Assembly (NCBI GenBank): GCA_951406725.2
Contig: OX597827.1
Location: 4,712,001-4,776,000 of the forward strand
From: Octopus vulgaris
Taxonomy: Eukaryota
DNA: 64,000 bases
Direction: 5' to 3'
Shown here piece after piece: positions 1 through 12,559 of the stretch. The number at the start of each line of letters is the position of its first letter. Position 1 is the stretch's first letter. The notes beneath the pieces are model-generated. The model searched no databases. It saw nothing but the letters and a program-made list of their open reading frames with translations, and had not been told where the DNA came from. The translations under genes were made by a program, and so were the position numbers.

Positions 1-50
1 ATAGAACTGTGCTTCCTAAAGAGTAAATGCCTAGAAAAAAAAAGTCATAT

Positions 51-273
51 TATGAGGTGGGATGTTGAAGAGTTCCTGACTTTGGGTAAAACAAAATAAA
101 GGAGGATAAGTTAAGTATGATTTTATTCAACATATTCCCCTCTCAGATTCACACACTTATTGCAGTGGTCCTTCAGTTTTTCTAAGCCCTGTAAAAGAAC
201 CCAGAAGATTTGGCCTCCAACCATGCCTTTCATGATACCCTTAAAGCCAGGAACTTTTCAGCAATCCCTCATA
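51..273. mobile_element. Mariner-type MITE
   Basis: Imperfect ~30-bp TIRs (tatgaggtgggatgttgaagagttcctgacttt / aaagccaggaacttttcagcaatccctcata), TA ends, no coding capacity. Confidence 0.65.
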
Positions 274-1104
274 TATATACTATGCTGGTGTTTCCATTAA
301 TTAACAGTTATACGGTGTTTGTAGAGCACTTGTTAAGATGTTACCTGCAACCAACATTTTATTGTCATTGACACTATGAGAACATCACAGAACTTTTATA
401 TTAGATATATTTTGAGTTTGAGATATATATGAATAACATGCAGTGTTACAGCAGTAATTTTACATAGAACACCAGTGCACAAGTTATTAGGAATGAATCA
501 AAGTACCATTACCTCTGTCTTATATGACAAGGATTTCATTACAACACCCAAATTCTGTTCTATCCCAGACTGCTATGAACACTACATTAATTGTACAGCA
601 AAGAAAATAAACCATCAGTGTTTTCCCAGTAATGTTAGTATGAAGTTTTAAAATCATCCAGGCTAGTATTTCATACCATCTGTCGTTTCTCAAAATCAAA
701 GTCACAGTACATTGTAACACAATGTAATACAAAATATTATATTGTATTACAAAATATTTACCTGGACATGCTCTACTTCACATTATTTTGAAACTAATCT
801 AGGAAAACGTGTGGAGAAAAAAAATGATAGAGCCCAAACCCTTCAGATGTACCTGGAAAAATTCCTCCAAGGAATATCAGATAAATCACACTCACACACA
901 CACCAGCAACATGATTTGGAGGAATTAAGACTGAGGGAATAGTGAGAGTATGGATGGTAGAGATAGAGAGGAGGTTGATACAAACAGATCTAATGTTTTT
1001 CTGTTTTTTCTCATTTCATTGTTGACATGGAATAATGAATATCAATCTGAGAAGTTATGATGAAGATAAGAGAGCATCAAATATGCGATATCTACAGTAG
1101 AAAG

Positions 1105-1535
1105 TGACTCAGCAAGTAAAAGTGACAATTTTGAGTGTTGGGCCTCATGGAGGTGAGGTGGCTGAGTTCCTTTTGAGTGTTGGGCCTCATGGAGGCAAAG
1201 TGGCTGAGCTCCTTTCAAGTGTTGGGCCTCATGGAGGCAACAACCAAGGCCTTTGGCATTATGTTGTGCTTGAGAAGAAGACTCATCAAGCCAAGCAAAA
1301 CCGCACTCGTGGCAGATACCAGTATCATGCAAATGGCACCTGTGCCAGTGGCATGTAAAAGCACCCATTACACTCTTGGAGTGGTTGGTGTTAGGAAGGG
1401 CATCCAGCTGTAGAAAACCATGCCAAATTAGACTGGATTCTGGTGCAGCTTTCCCAGCATGCCAGCCCAGTCAAACCATCCAACTCATGCCAGCATGGAC
1501 AACAGACGTTAAATGATGATGATGATGATGATGTT
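1105..1535 (+). mobile_element. 5'-truncated RTE-type LINE 3' end ('family C') with internal 3 x 42-bp repeat and (GAT)n tail
   Basis: Encodes LGLMEA...LWHYVVLEKKTHQAK, similar to the RTE ORF C-terminus at 6240-6400, followed by GGTTGGTGTTAGGAAGGGCATCCAGCTGTAGAAA ... GACGTTAAATGATGATG. Confidence 0.7.
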
Positions 1536-1546
1536 GATATATACAT

Positions 1547-1607
<61 letters not shown>

Positions 1608-1613
<6 letters not shown>

Positions 1614-2141
1614 GTTATCTGGAAAGTTCTGAGCATTTTAAAGCTAAATCTTTTAGCGCTTCATCTTAACGCAGTTAAAACTTTGGCATTGCCTGAAGAG
1701 GTAGTGCATTGCTTCTTTGTTCCTGAATAAAAGTAAATTTATCTTTCATTCCAGTTACCCTGTATTGACATTTGAAATGGATAACCCAAAATTTCATATT
1801 TGCGTTGTGATGCTTTTCTTTTATAAAAAAGGAGGAAATACTGCAAATTCATGCAAAAACATTTGTGAAGTTTATAGTGATGAAGCTGTAGGTGAAGCAA
1901 CTGTTTGAAGGTAGTTTGCAAAATTTAAGGTTGGAGAGTTTAGCTTGGAAGATGACAGTCACAGTGGAAGACCTTCAAAATTGGACGAAGATATTTTGAA
2001 GGCAAAAATCGAGGAAAAGTCAAATATCACAAATACAGAACTTGTAAAAACATAAGAAGTTTCTAAAAGTGCAGTTCATGAAGGATATCACTTTTTGCAT
2101 ATAAAAAAAAAATTGCTCAGAACTTTCCGGACAACCTAATA
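1608..2141 (+). mobile_element. Internally deleted mariner
   Basis: TIRs tattaggttatctggaaagttctgagca / tgctcagaactttccggacaacctaata; transposase N-terminal HTH remnant (MDNPKFHICVVMLFFYKKG...FAKFKVGEFSLEDDSHSGRP) with stops; catalytic domain absent. Confidence 0.85.
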
Positions 2142-2295
2142 CATACACTAGCTGGGTATCCTGTCGTTTCCAAGAAATTTTCACCACTGAATGCCATTAA
2201 TTCAGTTTTGTTTTTGTTCCATCCATACCATGTCTTCGCTGATGGATAGGTCTTTTGATCAGGACAGATTTCTACATTATTTGGGGCAATTTATA

Positions 2296-2696
2296 ACTCT
2301 TTACTCTTTACTCTTTACTTGTTTCAGTCATTTGACTGCAGCCATGCTGGAGCACCGCCTTTAGTCGAGCAACTCGACCCGGGACTTATTCTTTTTGTAA
2401 GCCCAGTACTTATTCTATCGGTCTCTTTTTGCCGAACCACTAAGTGACGGGGACGTAAACACACCAGCATCGGTTGTCAAGCAAAGCTAGGGGAACAAAC
2501 ACACACATACATATATATATATATACATATATACGACAGGCTTCTTTCAGTTTCTGTCAACCAAATCCACTCACAAGACATTGGTCGGCCCGGGGCTATA
2601 GCAGAAGACACTTGCCCAAGATGCCACGTAGTGGGACTGAACCCGGAACCATGTGGTTGGTTAGCAAGCTACTTACCACACAGCCACTCCTGCGTC
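2296..2696 (-). mobile_element. tRNA-derived SINE family A
   Basis: Head with A-box TGGCTGTGTGG and B-box GGTTCAGTCCC, internal (CA/TA)n, AAAGAGT-type tail; highly similar to the copies at 8561 and 50470. Confidence 0.85.
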
Positions 2697-3565
2697 TATA
2701 ATGTATCAATACACTAACTTTTTGTTTTTCCATTTGTTGCATAGATGTAAAGATTTTTCTTAGCTCACTGCTGATGATTTGTGAGGGGTTTTTGACTCTG
2801 TTGTCCTTATGAAATTTCTTACACACACGCATAATGCACACACTCACGTGCATGTGCGTGTGCGCTCACACACACACACTAAGTAAGAGCAATATACAGA
2901 AAGTGAGAGGAAGTGTAGTAAATATATTTAGAGAGAGAAAAGTGTAAATGAAAGAGAGAGACAGAGAGAGATCTTTTCTGTGGCTGTCACTTTGCTCCTT
3001 TGCCCTTGTCTAGAATCTGCTATCTTACACTCCCTCCTCTGAGGCCACCTCTGTTACTACATACTATTTATCTTATCTCATCACACATCCCTTGCTTTTG
3101 TCCACCTCTACTATTGTAGTTGAATCTTAGCCCATACTATTGCCACTTACCTTATGCTCCTTCCTTTCTTCCAACCTGCTATCAAAGCCCTTCTGATGTA
3201 ACCATTCTCCCTTGTAATCCTATCTTGCTGACCTGAGCAAATGTACAAGCTCTAGGTTTCTGTACACTATTGATACACACTTTCCCATTTCATCCACTTC
3301 TGGAACCCACTGCTTGTATTGCTTCTCATTATTTCCCCTTCCTGTTCTATATGTCTATGTGCACGTTCAGGAGAATAAGATTTTAGTGCATAAAAGATTA
3401 TGAGATGCTCAACTTGGCATATAAGATGCAGGGCAATGTTTTGAAATATTTTTTGAAAAAGTGTCTTATGTACCATCAAATATGGCCATATTGAAAAATA
3501 AATATAGAATTCAACTTAAATATGTAGTATCTATGTGTGTGTATATATAAATATTTTTTTATTCC

Positions 3566-3962
3566 CTTACTTGTTTCAATCATTTGACTGCGACCATGCT
3601 GGAGCACCACCTTTAGTTGAGCAAATCGACCCAGGATTTATTTTTTGTAAACCTAGTACTTAGTCTATTGGTCTCTGTTGCCAAACCTCTAAGTTATGGG
3701 GACACAAACACACCAGCATTGGTTGTCAAGCGATGTTGGGGGGACAAACACAGGCACACAAACATATGCACACTCATACATATATACATATATATATACG
3801 ATGGGTTTCTTTCATATTCCATCTACCAAATCCACTCACAAGGCTTTAGTCAGCCCAAGGCTATAGAAGAAGACACTTGCCCAAGTTGCCATGCAGTAGG
3901 ACCGAACCCGAAACCATGTGGTTGGTAAGCAAGCTACTTACCACACAACCTCTCCTGCGCCT
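3566..3962 (-). mobile_element. SINE family A copy
   Basis: Full-length similarity to the 2296-2696 copy. Confidence 0.85.
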
Positions 3963-3991
3963 ATATTTGAACATGCGGCAATTAAAATCTT

Positions 3992-4197
3992 GTAAATAGA
4001 ATTTTAAGCCTTCACCATATATTGACTAAAGAAGATAGTCTAATATTGAGGCATATAAGCCATTGTAATAGAAAAAAAAATGGGTATTAGTATGCATACT
4101 AATGCCCATTTTTTTCTGTCACAGAGGCTTATATGCCCTAATATTTGACTGTTTTCTATAGTCAATATATAGTGAAGGCTTATAATTCTATTTGCTA
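3992..4197. repeat. ~200-bp imperfect palindrome (hairpin MITE-like)
   Basis: Arms tagaattttaagccttcaccatatattgact... / ...agtcaatatatagtgaaggcttataattcta, centred on ATGCAT (4092-4097). Confidence 0.8.
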
Positions 4198-4499
4198 CAT
4201 GTCTATATCTATATGCGTTTATGTGTTTTATCTATCAGTCTATCTGTCTATCTGTCTATCTGTCTGTACTTGTGTAAGCTGGTTGGTGTTAAGGAGGGCA
4301 TCCAGCTGTAAAAGCCATGCCAAATCAGACTACTGCAGTCTTCTGCCAAGATAGTTCCTATAAAAATTATCCAATTCATACCAGCATGGAAAAGGGATGT
4401 TAAATGATAAGTAAAAGAATAAAAGAATTTATACCATCATCATCATCATCATCATCACGGACGTTAAACGATGATGATGATGATGATGATGGTATAAAT

Positions 4500-4782
4500 T
4501 CTTTTATTCTTTTACTTGTTTCACTTGGAGCACCGCCTTTATTCGAACAAATCGACCCCAGGACTTATTCTTTGTAAGCTTAGTACTTATTCTATCAGTC
4601 TTTTTTGCCAAACCGCTAAGCTAAGGGAATGAAAACACACACACACACATCAACGGCTTCTTTCTGTTTTCATCTACCAAATCCACAAACAAGGCTTTGG
4701 TTGGCCCAAGGCTATAGTAGAAGACACTTGCTGAAGATGCCACGTAGTGAGTCTGAACCTGGAACCATGTAGTTGGGAAGCA
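4500..4782 (-). mobile_element. Degraded SINE family A copy
   Basis: ggagcaccgcctttattcgaacaaatcgaccccaggacttattc... and ctatagtagaagacacttg blocks. Confidence 0.75.
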
Positions 4783-5982
4783 TATATTTATATAGGTAAA
4801 ATTAATAATGTAAGAAAATGGAGAGTTGAAGATGCCTCATAGTTTGAATTCCCCCATAGACATATTTGGTCATAGAGAAATATTACCATACATAGAAACA
4901 GGTGAATATAGGTGACAGGTAGGGCATCTGACAAAATCTGCCTCAACTAATTCTGTCCAGCCAATGCAAGTATGGAAACATTGATGTTAAAATTGATGTT
5001 AAAATGATGATGATGATGATGTGTGTGTATGTGTGCACTTCCTGCATGGATTAGACAATTCTTTGAGATATATTTTCTACAGTCATATCCCCTTCCTGAC
5101 ACAAACACTGTCCTGTTTCCATTCAAGGTCATATTCTCCCTAGTTTGGAGATGTTTCAGTGGAAGGTTATACATGAAGTACACTGTCTGTATCACAGTCA
5201 ATTGTATACCACCTTTGAGCAACGCCAAGGCAAGGAGGAACAAACATATGCATGCACACTTACACACACACACACACACACATATATGTATATTTAGGAA
5301 TAAGAGAAAGAGATGACACAGGAAAAACAATGGTTATGTTATGAACTTCATTAGCTTACAACTACTTCTGTTATAAGATGCAGTGAACTCTTAGTTGAGC
5401 GCCTAAATGACTTACTCCTTTGTAATGCCCTCCCTGTATATTGTGAAAATATAATCATTTCTTCCTAAATAAATTGCACTTCATATCCGAAGCAATAGGT
5501 TGTTATTCAGGCCCCCAACAAAGGCCATAGCATCTTATAGTAAGATAATGAAGTTCATGAAATACCTATTGTTCTTCATGTGCCATCTCTTTCTCTTATT
5601 ACTTCTCTAAACTCATCTAACATTTTGTTCTGGAACATATGCATATTGAGTTCTACACCAGGTTATTGGTCTTAAGCAAAATATCATCATCATCGTCATA
5701 CCAGCATGGAAAGCAGACATTAAATGGTTTGGATGGTTTGACAGGAGGTGGCCAGACAGAAGACTGCACCAGATACTTTCTGTGTCTGTTTTGGCACAGC
5801 TGTTACAACTGGATGCCCTTCCTAACATCAGCCGTCCCATAGAGTGGACTGAGTGCTTTTTACGTGGCAACAAACAATATATGTGTGTATACACAAACAT
5901 GCCTATGTAGTTTATGATGTTTGCTCCCAAACCATATGGCTTCAGGTTCAATCACATTGATCGGCACCTTCATCCACTAATG

Positions 5983-6620
5983 TCATCATCATCATTGTCT
6001 AATATATGCCCTCCCTGCTGGCATGGATTGGATGGCTTCACATGGAGCTGGCTTGCAGGGAGCTGTCCAAACCCCAGCTGTCTGTTGTGGCATGGTTCTA
6101 CAGCCTGATGCCCTTCCTAATGCCAACCACTTGACAGAGTGTGCTGGAAGCTTTTTATGTGCCATCAGCACTGGTGGGTTAATGCAGCATTGGTACAGGT
6201 GCTTTTAAGGGTCACTGGCACCTGAAATCTGCATGTGTGGAAGACAGTGACTTTACTTAGCTTGACGGGATTTATCAAATACATCAAATTGCCTCATCTC
6301 CTCCTGCTCCATTGTCATTTCCTCAGTGAGGCCCAGCATCTGCAGATCATTTCTCACCACTTCATCCCACATCTTCTAAGGTCTACCCCTTCCACAGGTA
6401 CCCTACACGATTGGAGCTTAGCGCTGCTTTATGCAGCTGTCCTCATCCATACGCATCACATGACCAAACCAGCGTAGTCTTCTCTCTTGCACACAACATC
6501 TGATACCTCTTATATAGTTTTCCTCTTAAATCATTTACAGTCTATTATGCATGCACATTGACATTATCCATCCAGTGGAGTGTGTTAGCTTCATTTCTTT
6601 CAAGCCTTCACAAGTCCTCT
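5983..6620 (-). mobile_element. RTE-clade LINE 3' fragment (end of RT ORF + 3' UTR + (GAT)n tail)
   Basis: Minus strand reads VQERRLRWFGHVMRMDED...GTCGRGRP*KMWDEVVRNDLQMLGLTEEM, typical of an RTE C-terminus, contiguous with the family C 3' UTR. Confidence 0.75.
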
Positions 6621-6860
6621 GTAGTTAAAGCTCATGTTTCACTACCAAAGTGACTCCTTTTATAAAAACAATAGGGTACTTTCTATTTTTGTGTATCAAA
6701 TCCATTCACAAGCATGGTCAACCTGGGGATGGCACTTGCTTCAGGTGCCTCACGGTGGCACAGAACCCAAAACCATGTGGTTTGGAAGTAGCTATCACTA
6801 TAGAACACCATACAGTGGAGAGAAGTACAGTTTGAACATGCAAAAACACACTTTTTGTTT

Positions 6861-7163
6861 CATCATCATCATCATCATCATTTAGCATCCGCTTTCCATG
6901 CTAGCATGAGTTGGACGGTTCAACTGGGGTCTGTGAAGCCAGAAGGCTGCATCAGGCCCAGTCTGATCTGGCAGTGTTTCTACAGCTGGATGCCCTTCCT
7001 AACGCCAACCACTCCGTGAGTGTAGTGGGTGCTTTTTACGTGCCACCCGCACAGGCCACGAACGGATGGTGCTTTTACGTGTCACCAGCACGGGGGCCAG
7101 GCGAGGCTGGCAACGGACGTGAGCGGATGGTGCTTTTATGTGCCGCCTGCACGGGGGCCAGGT
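6861..7163 (-). mobile_element. Family C (RTE 3' UTR) copy with internal tandem subrepeats
   Basis: (CAT)n + tttagcatccgctttccatgc...gatgcccttcctaacgccaacc; repeated ggtgcttttacgtgccacc units. Confidence 0.75.
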
Positions 7164-7630
7164 CAGAATAAATATTTTCTAAGGAAAATTATGTATCGTT
7201 TGAAGTTCTGGATGTGAAATTACTTCTCATGTAGATTTAGTTAAAATCTGACGATTATATATCATGTCAAGGTCCCTCAAACACCCTGGTATTTCCACAC
7301 ATGTACAAAGTTTGTCCTTTTTTTTTCTTTTTCTTTTTGGTAGCCTGAATTCTAGTTAAATGTGTTCAAGCACTATAACTCAAGTTGCGTTAAAAATCAT
7401 CCTGTCAGAGAAAGGTTTTCACTTTATTTTGATTTAAAAATCGATGGGTGTTGGTCAGATAATCATTATGAAATATAAAAGTTAAAACTTCATTCTTAAG
7501 TTTCATTTAGTAAAGGAGTTAAAAAAGAGAAAAAGAAATTTTTCATGAATTCAGTATGGTCATTGATAATTCTGACAATTGTATGGTGACAAAGCACAAA
7601 GTTAGTAAAAAGGCTGGTATCCTGACCCTA

Positions 7631-8014
7631 GTGGAGGCGCAATGGCCCAGTGGTTAGGGCAGCGGACTCGCAGTCATAGGATCGCAGTTTCAATTCCCAG
7701 ACCGGGCGTTGTGAGTGTTTATTGAGTGAAAACACCTAAAAGCTCCACGAGGCTCCAGCAGGGATGGTGGTGATCCCTGCTGTACTCCTTCACCACAACT
7801 TTCTCTCACTCTTACTTCCTGTTTCTGTTGTACCTGTATTTCAAAGGGCCGGCCTTGTCACTCTCTGTGTCACGCTGAATATCCCCGAGAACTACGTTAA
7901 GGGTACACGTGTCTGTGGAGTGCTCAGCCACTTACACGTTAATTTCACGAGCAGGCTGTTCTGTTGATTCGGATCAACCGGAACCCTCATCGTCGTAACC
8001 GACGGAGTGCTTTC
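7631..8014 (+). mobile_element. tRNA-derived SINE family B with TSD
   Basis: Head GGAGGCGCAATGGCCCAGTGGTTAGGGCAGCGGACTCG; TSD tatcctgacccta (7618-7630) / tatactgacccta (8015-8027). Confidence 0.9.
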
Positions 8015-8560
8015 TATACTGACCCTACTTGCCAAACTGACATATTCACACACAGTGAGAGGTCAAACTAATGAGTTTGCTGTAAGTTACGAATGTTGCT
8101 AATGCCTTTAATTCGTGTTTTTAAGGCTTAAAGCAAGGAATTAGTTTTTAAATTTTCTTTGTTTTTTTAATCTAGGTTTACATGCAATCCTGAGAAAGGT
8201 ATTAGGTGATTGTGGGATGTGCTAGAAACAACAGCTAAATATCCCTTGAATCACTTATATTTTGTTTACTAAAAAGGCTTCTTCCATCATTTCCAAGATG
8301 TGGGTATCCTGATCCGAGGCACCACCATTTATAGCCATTTTAATAGTCCATTAAAATTTTATTGAAATGTTGTCATGTTCCAAAATCTCAGGATTTATTT
8401 AGCTTTATACCAACAACAAGTGTACCAAAACTCAAGTCCCTGTGACTTGAACTTTTGGATTTAATGAGGCTTGAAAACACTGTGAAATTGGCTGTTTGTG
8501 ACATGCAACAAAATAGGTTTTACATGTATATTTTTAAAAATTGCAACAAGAAACTGAACA

Positions 8561-8996
8561 AGGCGCAGGAGTGGCTGTGTGGTAAGTAGCTTGCTAACCA
8601 GCCACATGGTTCCGGGTTCAGTCCCACTGTGTGGCATCTTGGGCAAGTGTCTTCTGCTATAGCCCCGGGCCGACCAATGCCTTGTGAGTGGATTTGGTAG
8701 ACGGAAACTGAAAGAAGCCTGTCATATATATGTATATACATATACATATATATGTGTGTATGTGTGTGTGTGTGTGTGTGTGTGTTTGTGTGTGTTTGTC
8801 CCCCTAGCATTGCTTGACAATCGAAGCTGGTGTGCTTATGTCCCTGTAACTTAGCGGTTCGGCAAAAGAGACCGATAGAATAAGTACTGGGCATACAAAA
8901 GAATAAGTCCCGGGGTCGATTTGCTCGACTAAAGGCGGTGCTCCAGCATGGCCGCAGTCAAATGACTGAAACAAGTAAAAGAGTAAAAGAGAGTAA
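8561..8996 (+). mobile_element. SINE family A copy
   Basis: AGGCGCAGGAGTGGCTGTGTGGTAAG head through GACTGAAACAAGTAAAAGAGTAAAAGAG tail. Confidence 0.9.
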
Positions 8997-9254
8997 GTAA
9001 AAAAAGAGACAACTGTCATCCGGTGGTCACTATCAGTTTGTATAATTTGAAGATGGTTATCACCTCAGTTTCAAAAATTCAAAGTGACATCTAATGGAAG
9101 TGAACTCTTTATCAGACCACTTGTGCCTACACATACTCAAATCTAATCTGATGTAATCTAATCTAATATATAATATGATGTAATTTAATATATGATATAA
9201 TATAATATATGTAACTTATGTATATATAATGTATGTATATTATACAGGTGTTTG

Positions 9255-9296
<42 letters not shown>

Positions 9297-9637
9297 AACA
9301 GATAAGTTAGTTTAGCCAGAGTTACGTCCCTTAAGAAAGCAAGCTTCTTTCTAATGATGTAATTCAAATTAAATACTTTCACTGGTAAATGAAAATACAT
9401 TATTATACAGCTTGCAAAGCAGGACATTTACTTCTTGAGCTACAGTGAATACCATACAGATTTTGCCATACTTCAACAATACCTTTACTTCGTGCAAAAA
9501 GGTTAGAATTTGTGCGTATATGTGTGTGGACATACATACATACATAATCATTTAATACATAGCATGTATAGAATTGTCTGACAGGCAAGGAAAGAGAGCT
9601 GCAAGGCTGCTATAAACTCCAATGTATTTGTATTAAA

Positions 9638-9795
9638 TCATCATCATCATCATCATCATCATCGTTTAACGTCCGTTTTCTGTGCTAGCACAGGTTGGAC
9701 GGTCCGACTGGGGTCTGGGAAGCCAGGAGGCTGCACCAGGTTCCAGTCTGATCTGGCAGTGTTTCTATAGATGGATGCCCTTCCTAACGCCAACC
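9638..9795 (-). mobile_element. Family C (RTE 3' UTR) fragment
   Basis: (CAT)n cgtttaacgtccg ... gatgcccttcctaacgccaacc. Confidence 0.75.
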
Positions 9796-9953
9796 ACACA
9801 CACGCACATACATATATATATATATATTCATGTATACATATATATATATACTTACATATGTATATATATATATACACACATACATATATATATATATATA
9901 TTCATGTATACATATATATATATACTTACATATGTATATATATATATACACAC

Positions 9954-9989
<36 letters not shown>

Positions 9990-10002
9990 GTATTTACGTA
10001 TA

Positions 10003-11520
10003 TATCAGGTCATCCCATAAGTTCTGTCCGATTTTACCTTTTTTAAAATTGAATGAAATTTAATAGTATTTTAGAATGTCTAATGGAATTAAAAATTATT
10101 TTTATGCATTTGTGTACATTTAAATTAATTAAATATTATTTTACAGAATAATAAAATAAAAATTTCTTTGATTAAAACACTTTCTAACATGGAAATATCC
10201 AAAGAGCATTTAAGGCACATAATGCTTTATGAGTACAAAAAAGGAGACTCTGCAGCCGAAGTGACTCAAAACATACACTCAGTTTATGGGAAGGAATGCT
10301 TGAATGAAAGAACTTGCAAAAGATGGTTTGCAAAATTCAGAAGTGGAGATTTCAGCCTTGAAGATGAAGATCGAACTGTACATCCAGTTGAGTTTGATGA
10401 TAAGCTCCTTGAGACATTACTTGAAGAAAATCCTGCATTATCTGTTGAAGAATTGGCAATAAATCTTAGTTCAAACCATAGAACCGTTCATCATCAGTTT
10501 CAACAACTTGGAAAGGTTCCTAAATTGGAACATGGGTGCCTCATGAATTGTCTGAAAGCCACCGTGAATTCCAAGTTGACATCTGCTCTTCTCTCCATTC
10601 TCGCAAACTCATTTCACCCTTTTTGGATAGACTTGTGACTGGTGATGAAAAATGGATCTTCTATCAAAATGTTAAACGTCGTAAACAGTGGCTTGGTAAA
10701 AGGGAAAAAGCTCAACCACAACTGAGAAGGGAACTTCATGGAAGAAAGGTTCTTCTCTCTATCTGGTGGAATTGCAAAGGAGTAATTCACTTTGAATTGC
10801 TACCACCAAATGCAACAATCAATGCTCAAGTCTACTGTCAGCAATTAGAGCATTTGAACCCAGCTTTGAAGAAAAAAGACCCACTTTAGTGAATCGAAAA
10901 GAAGTGATGTTTCATCAGGAAAATGCACGACCCCACACTGCAAAGATCACATCACAGAAGATCGAAGAGCTCGGTTGGGAAAAAATTCCTCATCTGCCTT
11001 ATTCTCCTTACCTTGCTCTTTCAGGCTACCACTACGAATTGCTTGAATGGAACCAAACGGTTAACATGGAACTCTATGTTCAACAGATGGAACAACTCAA
11101 CCCAGCTATTCAAGAGAAAAGACCTAATCGTCAGCATGGAGTTCTTCTGCTGCACAATAACGCCTGCCTGCACTTCGCCAATATGGCCAAGGAAGCCATT
11201 CAAATGCATTGCTAAGCAGTGCTGCTACACCTTCCATACGCTCCTGATTTGGCACCTATGGATTTCCACCTCTTTCAAATGCTATGCATGGACTTTCGTT
11301 CAATACCAATGCAGAATTGAGAGCTTGCTTGGATCAATTTTTCGAGTTGAAATCGGGTGATTTCTACCAGTGAGGTATTCAAAATCTTGTTGAACGTTGG
11401 GAAGAAGTTGTAAACAACAAGTGTGAATACATTATTGATTAATCAGTTGTTATTTTTTTTATTAAACCTTTTAAAAAATTTAAGTTAAAAAAAACGGTGG
11501 GAACTTAGTTGCCAACCCAC
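10003..11520 (+). mobile_element. Degenerate mariner, chimera of two elements (transposase pseudogene)
   Basis: Frameshifted transposase MEISKEHLRHIMLYEYKKG...WVPHEL-like, LVTGDEKWIFY, FHQENARPH, HLPYSPYLA, followed by a second catalytic segment. The left and right ends do not match each other. Confidence 0.88.
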
Positions 11521-11827
11521 TCAAAGAGAGTTTGATTTATGGCTCTGCCACTTAAACTGCCTCTTCCTCTATCTATAAATAGATAGATTCTTGGGGTTGT
11601 CTCCACTGAGCTTAATAGAATAATATCAAACCCCCTCCCCAATAGTAAATCTAAATAACAAAGTAAATTCAGCGATAAGAAATGTATCCATGCTTAAATA
11701 TCATTTACTACCATGTTTCTGTTGATGAGACTTGCCTCTCTGTCTATCTACTTACCCTCTTTGTAATGTTGATAAAGGGAATAAGTATAAATATGAATCT
11801 ATTCAATTTAACTAAAAAAATTCCATA

Positions 11828-11915
11828 TGCAGCTGAAGATTGCTCTGCATTTTAAAACTGATGTAATATTTGCATTGTTTAATTAAATGAAGTCGCATGA
11901 AACGATTGTACTGCA
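11828..11915 (+). ncRNA. Minimal type-I hammerhead ribozyme motif in a Penelope pLTR-like segment
   Basis: Stem I TGCAG/CTGCA encloses CTGAAGA, stem II (ttgc...gcat, long loop), GAAA, CGATTG and TA. Confidence 0.65.
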
Positions 11916-12139
11916 CTACCTTTGGATATCATTGTTGCTTATTTTGATTATAATCACCCCATTTTGATTTATATGGATAATACCATACCAAATTCTGGTG
12001 CCTTTAACTTAAGTACCATATTCAACTGAATCTAAATTTTTACTGAACTTATATATATATATATATATATATACATTTACTTGTATATATATATATACAT
12101 ATACACATTTACTTGTATATATATATATATTTATATATA

Positions 12140-12535
12140 TATCTACTACATATGTGGAAAATCGTTGTGTGTTTGTGGAGTTGTTAGCTAACTCCTTGTA
12201 CATCGTTTATTGATTTTGATGAAACTTGACACATGAGTAGAACTCATGTCTAGAAAGCCTGTGACATACTTAGATTGTTGAAACCCTTATATGTACCTCA
12301 TATAACGTTTTTTTAACACCCAAGGGAAATAACCCATAGCACCTGTACAATATATTTTTTTTAACACTCTAGCGAAATAACCCATTTCATTATTTATGTT
12401 CAATTACTTTGAATATTGATTTTTTGTGTGTCCTATTTCTAATTTTTGCAGACAATATCACTTTTATACTTTATTTGATACGTGAGTAGAACTCATGTCT
12501 GGAAACCTTGCGACATACTTAGAATGTTGAAAAAA
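12140..12535 (+). mobile_element. Non-autonomous Helitron-like fragment with internal duplications
   Basis: Starts TCTAC.. with a gattttgatgaaact motif; tgagtagaactcatgtct...gacatacttaga occurs at about 12234 and 12483; aaataacccat occurs twice. Confidence 0.35.
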
Positions 12536-12559
12536 ATCGATAATAGGGCCCTTCTAATG

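Noticed and set aside
340-945. Short ORFs and possible minus-strand donor sites near the window start
   Set aside because: No recognisable protein motif or consistent exon chain.
1133-1240. Regularly spaced repeats resembling a CRISPR array
   Set aside because: The spacers are also near-identical (tandem 42-mer), the context is eukaryotic LINE sequence, and there are no cas genes.
7631-7705. tRNA-like sequences at SINE heads (also 8561, 45141, 48983, 55003, 62025)
   Set aside because: Continue into SINE bodies with TSDs and do not form a full cloverleaf; not tRNA genes.
9659-10063. Many 60-170 aa ORFs rich in Y/I/H/T/C/V (also 13720-14125, 22507-23535, 37171-38047, 39558-41234)
   Set aside because: Translations of (TA)n/(CA)n microsatellites, which lack stop codons.
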